From: Chloroflexota bacterium
Lineage (GTDB): Bacteria; Chloroflexota; Limnocylindria; Limnocylindrales; CSP1-4
DNA: 53,263 nt
Assembly: GCA_040882425.1 (NCBI GenBank)
Contig: JBBEBJ010000197.1
Coordinates: 6,632-59,894, forward strand
Reading direction: 5' to 3'
The notes below the pieces were generated by a model. The model had not been told where the DNA came from and searched no databases. It was given only the letters and a program-made list of their open reading frames with translations. Made by a program: the position numbers and the translations under genes. Positions 1 to 7,924 of the stretch are shown one piece after another. How positions within the stretch are numbered: the first letter of the stretch is position 1; every line of letters begins with the position of its first letter.

Positions 1-2
1 GG

Positions 3-71
3 GACCGGTATTTCGACGCGGTCCGTGGGCGGCTCCCCGAATACCGCCACTGGCTGACCCCGATCGTCTAG
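3..71 (+). CDS. possible 3' end of an unidentified gene that begins upstream of the window
   Basis: Frame 3 is open from the window edge to TAG 69-71 (DRYFDAVRGRLPEYRHWLTPIV*). 19 of 22 third positions are G/C, like the real genes here. Too short to name. Confidence 0.25.
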   Translation, partial: DRYFDAVRGRLPEYRHWLTPIV

Positions 72-99
72 TCGCGGCAGCGACTCCGGGCCTGGCCCT

Positions 100-262
100 C
101 TGGGTTCATCAGCGCAGGGCCCCCTGAGTTCGTCCTGGCGGGGCATCCTGGGTTCGCCACGGGCACGACCGGGGTTCGTCAGGGCCGGAGCAGGACTGGG
201 GTCCGTCAGGGCAGGGGCCCTGGGCTCCTGGCCCGTGTCTCTGGGTTCTTGCCGCGCCCCGC
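100..262. repeat. degenerate ~24-bp tandem repeat, 7 units (consensus about CTGGGTTCGTCAGGGCAGGGCC)
   Basis: Units start at 100, 124, 148, 170, 196, 220 and 241. Each opens with CTGGGTTC or a 1-2 mismatch variant (CTGAGTTC, CGGGGTTC, CTGGGGTC, CTGGGCTC). Period is 21-26 nt. No frame shows gene-like third-position bias. Confidence 0.8.
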
Positions 263-397
263 GTGCTCGCCTGGAGTGCGCGTAAGCGATATTCGCCTCG
301 TGGTTGACCGCCGAAACGGCAGGTATTGTCAGAATCTTCGGACGACCACGCTCAAACGTCCGCCGCAAGCCCGCCTGAGTAACGCCGGAGCCAGGCT

Positions 398-480
398 GCA
401 CCTTCGGGCGTCCCGCGACCGAGCCGGCCACGCATCGCCCGCCCGGCCGCACCCTCGGGCGCCCGGCGACCGAGCCGGCC
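398..480. repeat. pair of 32-nt direct repeats 51 nt apart, just downstream of the LCP stop codon
   Basis: 398-429 gcaccttcgggcgtcccgcgaccgagccggcc versus 449-480 gcaccctcgggcgcccggcgaccgagccggcc (29/32 identical). The second copy contains the 10-nt palindrome cgggcgcccg. Several GC hairpins are possible on the - strand (GCCCGG/CCGGGC, CGCCC/GGGCG). Confidence 0.7.
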
Positions 481-493
481 GGGCCTCCCCACC

Positions 494-2290
494 CTATGGC
501 AGGATCGGCGCCTCGAGATCGGGCGTCGCGCCCCCGATCGTGACCACGATGTCGGTCCGGATCGCGTCATCGGTCTCGAACGTGGCCGTCACCCCGAGCA
601 GCTGCTCGAGGTAGGCGATGGACGCCGGAAGGCGCGTTTCCGCCCCGTTGTAGACCACGATCTTCGAGTCGGCCAGCACGCCGCCCGGCGGCGTCTGCCG
701 CGGGGCGGACGCCGCCAGGCCGTAGTACTCGAGGTAGCTCGCCAGCCGCGCCCCCCGGTCGCGGTCGCCCGTGCTGTTGAGGACCCACACCCCGGCGGCC
801 TCCTCGGCCAGCTTCTGCCGAAGCGCTTCGTCCGCCGGGTCCGCGGTGAACGCGTTCCGGACCGCGGCCCGGATCTTGTCCACGTACGGAACGATGATGT
901 AGCCGCGCGGGCTCGTCTGGAACTCCTGCTGGTAGAGCGGTGGTGTGAACACGAACGAGCGGATGTTCTTGGTGTCGATCTCCGACGCCAGCCCCAGGAG
1001 ATCGTCGAGCTGGTCGATCGGGATGTCGGTTCGCACGGCCTGCTTGAGGGCCGTCACGAGCACCGGTAGGCGGGGAATGAGCTCGGCTGGATCGGCCTGC
1101 TCGCGCAGCGACAGCAGGACGCGCTGCTGGCGCTGGGCGCGGTCGAAGTCCGTCGACGTGTGACGCGAGCGGGCATACCGCAACGCCTGGGCCCCGTCCA
1201 TGTGCTGGATCCCGCTCGGGATGTAGATCCGCTCGAGGTGGCCGCGTGGGCCGGGATAGCGATCGTCGACGACCGGGATCTGGACATTGATGGTGACCCC
1301 GCCGACGGCGTCGACGACGCTGACGAAGCCCTCGAAGTTGACCTCCACGAAGTACTTGATGTCGAGGTCGTAGAGGTTGCCGATGATCGCCTTGAGCCCG
1401 TTGTAACCGCGCGTCCGGTCCGTGCCGGGGAACAGGTCCCCGCGATTGCGGACGGCGGTGAACCAGGCGTTGATCTTCTTCGTATAGACCGATCCGAAGG
1501 CCCGCCGCGCCGGACCGTCCGGTACGGGCACGTCCACGGTGTCGCGCGGCAGGCTGAACATGGCGACCTGGCTGGTCAGCGGGTCGATCGACACGACGAT
1601 CAGGGTGTCCGTGTTGTAGGTGTCGTCCTGCGGGCGCTGGTCCGTCCCGATCAGCAGGATGTTCAGCTGCTCCTTGCCGTCCCACGGCGGGATCGACACG
1701 TTCGGGACCTCGCCGCCGACGGCGCTCGGCTTCGGCTCGCTCGAGGCGTCCGTCGACGCGTCCGGATCGGGCGTCGGGTCGACATTGCACTCCTTGCTCG
1801 GCTGGTCGCCGATGAAGATGCAGCCACTCTCGAGGAGGTCGAGCGCGAGCATGTCGTACCGGGCGACGACGACGTGGCTTCCGGTCATGACCAGGAGCAC
1901 GGCCAGCAGGCCGGCGACGGACAACGGGTTACGCGGGATGCGTGCCGGCCCCAGGCGGCCGTCGCCGGCGGCCCTGAAGGCGTTCAGGTACTCGGCCACC
2001 CGGTAGGCGTCGATCGTCGCGACGAGTCGATACAGCAGGGCGACGACGTTCAGGACGAAGACCGAGCTGAGCAGGAACGGGTTGAGGACGAGCGCGACCA
2101 GGTCGCTCTGGTCGAGCCGCAGCACGATCCCCGCGAGCAGGGCGACCAGCATGATCGGGGCCGCGGCGAAGGCGATGGCGCGGTGGGGCGCGCCCGCGTA
2201 CAGGTGACCCAGTCCGGGAAAGAGGAGAGAGAGGAACGCTGCCGTGAACGGAGACCGTCCGCGCGGTCGCGCGTCCTGCGGTTGATGCAT
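494..2290 (-). CDS. LytR-CpsA-Psr (LCP) family cell-envelope phosphotransferase with an N-terminal membrane region
   Basis: LCP motifs are present: LNILLIGTDQR...NTDTLIVVSIDP...FSLPRDTVDVPVP, GGVTINV, LRYARSRH..TDFDRAQRQQRVL. The N-terminus is hydrophobic (FLSLLFPGLGHLYAG...). I chose ATG 2290 (MHQPQDARPR...) rather than the ORF-track start at 2395. Confidence 0.85.
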   Translation of the reverse strand: MHQPQDARPRGRSPFTAAFLSLLFPGLGHLYAGAPHRAIAFAAAPIMLVALLAGIVLRLDQSDLVALVLNPFLLSSVFVLNVVALLYRLVATIDAYRVAEYLNAFRAAGDGRLGPARIPRNPLSVAGLLAVLLVMTGSHVVVARYDMLALDLLESGCIFIGDQPSKECNVDPTPDPDASTDASSEPKPSAVGGEVPNVSIPPWDGKEQLNILLIGTDQRPQDDTYNTDTLIVVSIDPLTSQVAMFSLPRDTVDVPVPDGPARRAFGSVYTKKINAWFTAVRNRGDLFPGTDRTRGYNGLKAIIGNLYDLDIKYFVEVNFEGFVSVVDAVGGVTINVQIPVVDDRYPGPRGHLERIYIPSGIQHMDGAQALRYARSRHTSTDFDRAQRQQRVLLSLREQADPAELIPRLPVLVTALKQAVRTDIPIDQLDDLLGLASEIDTKNIRSFVFTPPLYQQEFQTSPRGYIIVPYVDKIRAAVRNAFTADPADEALRQKLAEEAAGVWVLNSTGDRDRGARLASYLEYYGLAASAPRQTPPGGVLADSKIVVYNGAETRLPASIAYLEQLLGVTATFETDDAIRTDIVVTIGGATPDLEAPILP

Positions 2291-2295
2291 CGCGG

Positions 2296-2305
2296 GTAGG
2301 ATACT
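2296..2305. promoter_or_regulatory. candidate back-to-back -10 elements in the LCP/ileS divergent gap (GGTAGGATACT)
   Basis: The + strand has TAGGAT 2297-2302 and GATACT 2300-2305, about 100 nt upstream of ileS. The - strand has TATCCT (2303-2298) followed by 7 nt and then the LCP ATG (2290), with no SD. This suggests a leaderless LCP transcript. Confidence 0.35.
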
Positions 2306-2403
2306 CGGGCCCGCGGAATCCGCAGCCGGCGAGCCCGGCCAGGACGGAGCACGACCGGGTGTCCGCGTCGCCCGCCCTGACCCGTCCGACCACATGAGGC
2401 CGA

Positions 2404-5400
2404 ATGTTCCGACCCGTCACCTCGAAGCCCGACTTGGTAGCACAGGAACACGAGATCCTCGCTCAATGGCGCGAGCGCCGGACGTTCGCCCGGCTGCGCG
2501 CCCAGAACGCCGGCGGCCCGAAGTGGAGCTTCCTGGACGGCCCGATCACGGCCAACAACCCGATGGGCGTGCATCACGCCTGGGGCCGGACGTACAAGGA
2601 TCTCTACCAGCGGTTCCACGCCATGCTCGGCGAGGATCAGCGATACCAGAACGGCTTCGATTGCCAGGGGTTGTGGGTCGAGGTCAATGTCGAGCGCGAC
2701 CTCGGCTTTACCAGCAAGCGGGACATCGAGGCGTACGGGATCGACCGGTTCGTGACGCTCTGCAAGCAGCGCGTCCTGAACTACGCCGCGCGGCAGACCG
2801 AGCAGTCGATCCGGCTCGGGATGTGGATGGACTGGAACGACCCGGACGAACTGCGGCGGCTGCATGACCTGCTCGGCACGGGCCCCGGGCAGGTGGCCAC
2901 GATCGAGGGCCCGCGCGGCCCGGTGACCGACACCGTTGAGATGCTCGTCGGGCGCCTCGGCATGCCCGATGTGGGTGGCTCGTACTTCACGTTCAGCAAC
3001 GAGAACAACGACCTGATCTGGGGGTTCCTGGCGGAGGTCCACCGGCGCGGCTGGCTGTACAAGGGCCACGACACGATGCCGTGGTGCCCCCGCTGCGGTA
3101 CCGGGCTCTCGCAGATGGAGATGAACGAGGGTTACCAGGACCGCGAGGATCCGGGTCTCACGGTCCGCCTGCCGCTGGTCGATCGCCCCGGTGAATCGCT
3201 CCTTGTCTGGACGACGACCCCCTGGACGCTGACGTCCAACGTGGCCGCCGCCGTCGGCCCGAACGTGCGATACGTCAAGGTTCGCCAGGGGAATGATCGC
3301 TTCTGGCTGGGCAAGGGGACGCTCAAGACGGCGCTCCAGGGACCGTTCACCGTCGAGGAGGAGGTCGCGGGCTCCGAGCTTGTCGGATGGCGCTATGTCG
3401 GGCCGTTCGACGACCTCCCTGCGGTCAGGACCGCCTTCTCCGACGGATACGAGCATCGCGTCGTCGAATGGCCCGAGGTCGGGGAGGCCGAGGGCACCGG
3501 GATCGTCCATATCGCGCCCGGTTGCGGCTCGGAGGACTACCAGCTCGGCAAGACGCTGAACCTCCCCGTGATCGGCCCGATCGACGAAGACGGCCGCTAC
3601 CTGGACGGGTTTGCCTGGTTGAGCGGTCTCGAGGCGCCAAACGTGGCCGACAGGATCGTCGACGACCTCGAGCGGCGCGGCTTCTTCTACCACCTCGAGC
3701 CGTTCAACCACCGCTACCCGCACTGCTGGCGATGCAACACGCCGCTCCTCTTCCGTCTGGTCGACGAGTGGTTCATCTCGATGGGCCCGGTCTATGACCA
3801 ACCGCGCGAGACGCTGACGAAGGCGCAAGTGGACGCGAGTCTGCGCTACCAGATCATGGATGTCGTGGACCGGATCCGGTGGATCCCGGACTTCGGCTAC
3901 GACCGTGAGCTCGACTGGCTCCGCAACATGCACGACTGGATGATCAGCAAGAAGCGCTACTGGGGGCTGGCGCTGCCGATCTACGAGTGCGCGGCATGCG
4001 GGACGATCGAGGTCGTCGGCGGTCGCGACGAGCTCCGCGAGCGGGCGGTCGCCGGCTGGGAGGCGTTCGAGGGCCACACCCCGCATCGGCCGTGGGTGGA
4101 CGAGGTGCGGATCGCTTGCTCGAAGTGCGGGGGCCAGGTCGAACGGATCAAGGACGTCGGCAACCCATGGCTGGACGCCGGGATCGTGCCATTCTCCACG
4201 CTCCACTACCGCGAGGAGCCCGACTACTGGGCGGAGTGGTTCCCGGCCGACTTCATCACCGAGAGCTTTCCGGGTCAGTTCCGGAACTGGTTCTACTCGA
4301 TGCTGGCGATGTCGACGGTTCTCAAGGGACAGGAGCCGTTCAGGACGATCTTCGGCTACGCGACGCTGTTCGGCGAGGACGGCCGCCCGATGCACAAGAG
4401 CTGGGGCAACTCGATCGAGTTCGACGAGGCGGCCGAACGCATGGGCGTCGACGTCATGCGCTGGATGTACGCGAAGGCACGACCGGAAGAGAACATCCTG
4501 TTCGGCTGGCACGCGGCGGACGAAGCGCGGCGGGAGCTCCTCGTGCTCTGGAACGTCTTTGCGTTCTTCATCACGTACGCCCGGCTCGCCGGCTGGACGC
4601 CGAGCGACGACGCCCGACCGGTCCCGGAGCGACCGATCCTGGACCGCTGGATCCTGTCCCGCGCGGCAGGCACCGCCGCGCTCGTCGAGGAACGGCTCCG
4701 CGACGTGGACGCGCTCGGCGCAGCACGCGCGCTGTCGACCTTCCTCGACGGGCTGTCGACCTGGTACCTGAGGCTCTCTCGACGGCGGTTCTCGCGGTCG
4801 GGCGACAAGGGCGACCGGGCAGCGGCATTCGCGACCCTGCACGAGGCACTGGTAGCGACGTCGCGGATGCTGGCCCCGATCCTGCCCTTCCTGTCGGACG
4901 CGATGTACGGCAACCTGGTCCTGAGCGTACGCTCCGCCGCCCCCGACAGCGTCCACCTGACGACCTGGCCAACCGCCGACCTGAAAGGTCACCGCGACGA
5001 GGCGCTGGAGGCGTCGATGGCAACCGCCCAGGATGTCGTCGACCTCGCCCGGACACTGCGCAGCAGCGTACAGCTCAAGACCCGGCAGCCGCTCGCCGAG
5101 GCCTGGCTGGCGCTCCCGCAACGCGGCCTGACCGTCGGCCCCGACCTCCTCCGGTTGATCGCCGGCGAGATCAATGTCAAGACCGTCACGATCATCGAGG
5201 ACGATTCGGCCCTCGTCGACCGTCGCGTCAAGGTCCTGCTCCCAAAGGTCGGTCGGCGTCTGGGGTCCGCGATCCCCGGGGTGATGGCGGCGGCCCGCGG
5301 CGGGGATGTCCGGTTCGACCCGGACGGGTCGGTCACGCTGGCGGGGATCACCCTGGCGCCCGACGAGATCGAGATCCAGGCGACACCCCGACCCGGGACC

Positions 5401-5721
5401 GCGGTCGCCGAGAACGATGGCCTCGTCCTGGTGCTCGACACGGCGCTCACCCCGGCCCTGGTCGCGGAGGGCGACGCCCGCGAGCTGCAGCGTGCCGTCC
5501 AGGACCTGCGCAAGGAGGCGGCCCTCGAGCTCGACGACCGGATCGAGCTCTGGGTCGGGTCAGTCGCCCCGGCGGTCGCCGCACATCTCCCGGCGGTCGC
5601 CGAGGAGACCCTGGCGGAGATCGCGGCGGGGGAGCCTCCCGAAGATGCCACGCATGCTTCCGTCGAGCTCGATGGGGGGCCGGCATCGATCGCGTTGCGC
5701 CGTCTCGCCGGCGGCGGGTAG
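2404..5721 (+). CDS. ileS: isoleucine--tRNA ligase (long, type-2-like form)
   Basis: 1105 aa. Class I aaRS with an editing domain (WTTTPWTL, GTGIVHIAPG) and CxxC pairs (PWCPRCG, PHCWRCN, CAACG, CSKCG). It is followed by lspA, as is typical for ileS. The signature regions read GVHHAWGR and RPMHKSWGNS. Confidence 0.93.
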   Translation: MFRPVTSKPDLVAQEHEILAQWRERRTFARLRAQNAGGPKWSFLDGPITANNPMGVHHAWGRTYKDLYQRFHAMLGEDQRYQNGFDCQGLWVEVNVERDLGFTSKRDIEAYGIDRFVTLCKQRVLNYAARQTEQSIRLGMWMDWNDPDELRRLHDLLGTGPGQVATIEGPRGPVTDTVEMLVGRLGMPDVGGSYFTFSNENNDLIWGFLAEVHRRGWLYKGHDTMPWCPRCGTGLSQMEMNEGYQDREDPGLTVRLPLVDRPGESLLVWTTTPWTLTSNVAAAVGPNVRYVKVRQGNDRFWLGKGTLKTALQGPFTVEEEVAGSELVGWRYVGPFDDLPAVRTAFSDGYEHRVVEWPEVGEAEGTGIVHIAPGCGSEDYQLGKTLNLPVIGPIDEDGRYLDGFAWLSGLEAPNVADRIVDDLERRGFFYHLEPFNHRYPHCWRCNTPLLFRLVDEWFISMGPVYDQPRETLTKAQVDASLRYQIMDVVDRIRWIPDFGYDRELDWLRNMHDWMISKKRYWGLALPIYECAACGTIEVVGGRDELRERAVAGWEAFEGHTPHRPWVDEVRIACSKCGGQVERIKDVGNPWLDAGIVPFSTLHYREEPDYWAEWFPADFITESFPGQFRNWFYSMLAMSTVLKGQEPFRTIFGYATLFGEDGRPMHKSWGNSIEFDEAAERMGVDVMRWMYAKARPEENILFGWHAADEARRELLVLWNVFAFFITYARLAGWTPSDDARPVPERPILDRWILSRAAGTAALVEERLRDVDALGAARALSTFLDGLSTWYLRLSRRRFSRSGDKGDRAAAFATLHEALVATSRMLAPILPFLSDAMYGNLVLSVRSAAPDSVHLTTWPTADLKGHRDEALEASMATAQDVVDLARTLRSSVQLKTRQPLAEAWLALPQRGLTVGPDLLRLIAGEINVKTVTIIEDDSALVDRRVKVLLPKVGRRLGSAIPGVMAAARGGDVRFDPDGSVTLAGITLAPDEIEIQATPRPGTAVAENDGLVLVLDTALTPALVAEGDARELQRAVQDLRKEAALELDDRIELWVGSVAPAVAAHLPAVAEETLAEIAAGEPPEDATHASVELDGGPASIALRRLAGGG

Positions 5722-5726
5722 GCTGG

Positions 5727-6302
5727 ATGGCAGTGGACGGGATGGCGGGGCGGGTCGCGCGGACGGGCGCGCACTGGGGCATCTTCCTGGGAATCCCCGT
5801 CGTCGTCGTGGCACTCGACCAGCTGACGAAGGCCTGGCTCGTCGCCAACATCGCCCAGGGTGAGATCCGCGAGGTCTTCGGCGAGACGGTCCGGCTGGTC
5901 TACCACCAGAATTCCGGGGCGTTGTTCGGGCTGTTCCGGGACCAGGCCATCGTGTTCGGGCTGCTCTCGATCGGGGTGATCGGCCTGATCGTCGGCTATC
6001 ACGCCCGTTCCGGGCGCAGCCGTTACATGTCCATCGCGCTTGGCTTCCTGCTCGGTGGGGCGATCGGCAACCTGATCGACCGCCTACGGCTCGGGTACGT
6101 CATCGATTTCGTCGATATCGGGATCGGCAACCTCCGGTTCTACACGTTCAACGTCGCCGATTCCGCCATCAGCACGGCGATCGTGCTGCTCGTTGCGGTC
6201 GCGCTCGTGCCGGGGCTGGCGCGGCTCGTCGACGGGGCATCGCCGGCTCCGCCTGCGGCCGAGCAGGATCCGGCGGCCGCCAATGGACCGGCCGATGGTT
6301 GA
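5727..6302 (+). CDS. lspA: lipoprotein signal peptidase (signal peptidase II)
   Basis: Has NSGALFG and FNVADSAI catalytic-Asp motifs and multiple TM segments. Start is ATG 5727 (alternative 5742). The ORF-track extension back to 3987 overlaps ileS and is an artefact. Confidence 0.9.
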   Translation: MAVDGMAGRVARTGAHWGIFLGIPVVVVALDQLTKAWLVANIAQGEIREVFGETVRLVYHQNSGALFGLFRDQAIVFGLLSIGVIGLIVGYHARSGRSRYMSIALGFLLGGAIGNLIDRLRLGYVIDFVDIGIGNLRFYTFNVADSAISTAIVLLVAVALVPGLARLVDGASPAPPAAEQDPAAANGPADG

Positions 6303-7245
6303 TCCCGCGAGCGTGCCGGGCACGCGCGTGCTGCGCGTGCCGGATGGCCCCGGCGGGCGGGTGGACCGCTACGTGGCCGACGCAACGGGCCTCTCGCGCA
6401 GCTACGTCCAGAAACTGATCTCGGACGGACGGCTGACGGCGGCCGGCGAGCCGCTTCGCGCCAACACGATCGTAGGCGCCGGGACCGAGCTTCGCCTCGA
6501 GGTTCCGGAGGCCACGCCGCTGGACCTGAGCCCGTCGCCGGAGATCGTCCTCCGCGTGGTGTACGAGGACGACGACCTGCTGATCATCGACAAACCCGCC
6601 GGTCTCGTGGTCCACCCTGCGCCGGGCCATCCGGGCGGGACCCTGGTCAACGCGCTGCTCGCCCACGGCGACGGTTCGACATGGGGCGGCATCGCCGGCG
6701 TGCAACGTCCCGGGATCGTGCACCGGCTCGATCGCGACACCAGCGGGCTCCTCATGGTCGCGCGCCGCGATTCGGCGCAGGCGTCGCTGATGGCCCAGCT
6801 CAAGGCGCGGCGGATCAAGAAGACCTACCAGGCGCTCGTCCAGGGCAGCGTCTCGGCCGCCGTCGGGCGGATCGAGGCGCCGATCGGGCGCGACCCGAAG
6901 CATCGGACACGGATGGCGGTCGTGCCGGACGGACGGGCGTCGGTCACGGGCTACCGGGTCCGGGAGCGGTTTGTCGACTGGACCCTGCTGGACCTGGACC
7001 TCGTCACCGGCCGGACCCACCAGATCCGGGTCCACCTGGACGCAATCGGGCATCCAGTGGCCGGTGACCGGGTCTACGGCACCGGGACGTCGCGCCGTGG
7101 GCCGGGAGGCCTCGACCGCCTCTTCCTGCACGCCTGGCGACTCGAGCTGACCTCACCGTCGACCGGCGAGTTGATCCGGGCCACCGCGCCACTGCCGCCC
7201 GAGCTCGAGCGCGTGTTGGCCACGCTGCGTGAGCCCGTGCGTTGA
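6283..7245 (+). CDS. rluD: 23S rRNA pseudouridine synthase, RluD/RluA family
   Basis: S4-like N-terminus (RVDRYVADATGLSRSYVQKLI), HRLDRDTSGLLMVAR, KTYQALVQG, GRTHQIRVH. Start is ATG 6283 or 6295; the latter overlaps the lspA stop. Confidence 0.9.
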   Translation: MDRPMVDPASVPGTRVLRVPDGPGGRVDRYVADATGLSRSYVQKLISDGRLTAAGEPLRANTIVGAGTELRLEVPEATPLDLSPSPEIVLRVVYEDDDLLIIDKPAGLVVHPAPGHPGGTLVNALLAHGDGSTWGGIAGVQRPGIVHRLDRDTSGLLMVARRDSAQASLMAQLKARRIKKTYQALVQGSVSAAVGRIEAPIGRDPKHRTRMAVVPDGRASVTGYRVRERFVDWTLLDLDLVTGRTHQIRVHLDAIGHPVAGDRVYGTGTSRRGPGGLDRLFLHAWRLELTSPSTGELIRATAPLPPELERVLATLREPVR

Positions 7246-7895
7246 GCGAACCCACGACGCCCGCGGAGGACATGACGGCCGCGAACGGCGCAATCCTCGT
7301 GATCATCTCGGGGCCGAGCGGCGTCGGCAAGGACACCATCATCGAAGCACTGCGGCGTCGGCGACACGACCCGGAGTACCACTACGTCGTGACGTGCACG
7401 ACGAGGGCCAAGCGTCCTGGCGAGGTCAACGGAGTCGACTACTGGTTCCTCGATCGAGCGACCTTTGCGGCCCAGCGCGCCGCCGGGGAGTACCTGGAAG
7501 CGAACGACGTCCATGGCAACTGGTACGGCACGCCGCGCAGCCAGGTCCGGGAGGCCCTGGCCGAAGGTCGCGACGTCATCCTCAAGATCGACGTCCAGGG
7601 CGCCCAGGTCGTCAAGGAGAAGATCCCGGGCGCGTTGCTGATCTTCCTCATTCCGCCCTCGCTCGAGGACCTCTTCCAGCGGCTGCTCAGCCGCGCGACC
7701 GAGTCGGCCGACGAACTCGAGCTGCGCCAGCGGAACGCCGCGATCGAGCTCGCCCGCCAGGAGGACTACGACTACGTGGTCGCGAACGAGACCGGGCAGG
7801 TCGAGCGCACCGCCGAACGGATCGACGCGATCATCGAGGAGGAGCACCGCAAGTACCCGGATCGCCGGGTCGACGTCTACCCGCGATCGCCTTGA
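7242..7895 (+). CDS. gmk: guanylate kinase
   Basis: P-loop ISGPSGVGKDT, followed by TTR..RPGEVNGVDYWF. TTG 7242 overlaps the rluD stop (TTGA). An alternative in-frame ATG is at 7272. Confidence 0.9.
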   Translation: MSEPTTPAEDMTAANGAILVIISGPSGVGKDTIIEALRRRRHDPEYHYVVTCTTRAKRPGEVNGVDYWFLDRATFAAQRAAGEYLEANDVHGNWYGTPRSQVREALAEGRDVILKIDVQGAQVVKEKIPGALLIFLIPPSLEDLFQRLLSRATESADELELRQRNAAIELARQEDYDYVVANETGQVERTAERIDAIIEEEHRKYPDRRVDVYPRSP

Positions 7896-7924
7896 ACCTC
7901 CCGGACGCCGCGCAGCTCGACGCG

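Noticed and set aside
304-335. Promoter-like hexamers in the AT-richer island: TTGACC 304-309 with TATTGT 324-329 or CAGAAT 330-335, pointing antisense into the LCP 3' end. This could mark an sRNA or antisense start.
   Set aside because: Spacing is 14 nt or 20 nt, outside the usual 16-18 nt. I see no terminator or conserved structure to define an RNA. It is worth checking against RNA-seq only.
249-614. ORF 249..614 (+) 121 aa covering the repeat region and the AT-richer patch.
   Set aside because: It overlaps the 3' end of the LCP gene by about 120 nt. It has poor third-position G/C bias in its first half. Its repetitive segment only mirrors the 32-nt DNA repeats.
2306-2403. Possible T-box riboswitch in the ~95-nt ileS leader. 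GGGTGTCCGCG (about 2357-67) resembles the T-box core GGGUGGNACCGCG, and an AUC triplet sits in GCGGAAUCCGC.
   Set aside because: The UGGN bulge that pairs with the tRNA NCCA end is missing. The AUC sits in a 3-nt hairpin loop rather than a specifier loop. No anti-SD pairing to the GAGG at 2393-96 is evident.
2050-5121. Very long antisense or alternative-frame ORFs, e.g. 2050..5121 (-) 1023 aa, 25830..28793 (-) 987 aa, 33566..36607 (-) 1013 aa, 28943..31258 (-) 771 aa and 3987..6302 (+) upstream part.
   Set aside because: They lie opposite or out of frame to genes with unmistakable conserved motifs (ileS, smc, ffh/rpsP, ftsY). Their translations are Arg/Pro/Gly/Ala-rich with no recognisable motifs. 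Stop codons are rare by chance in DNA this GC-rich.
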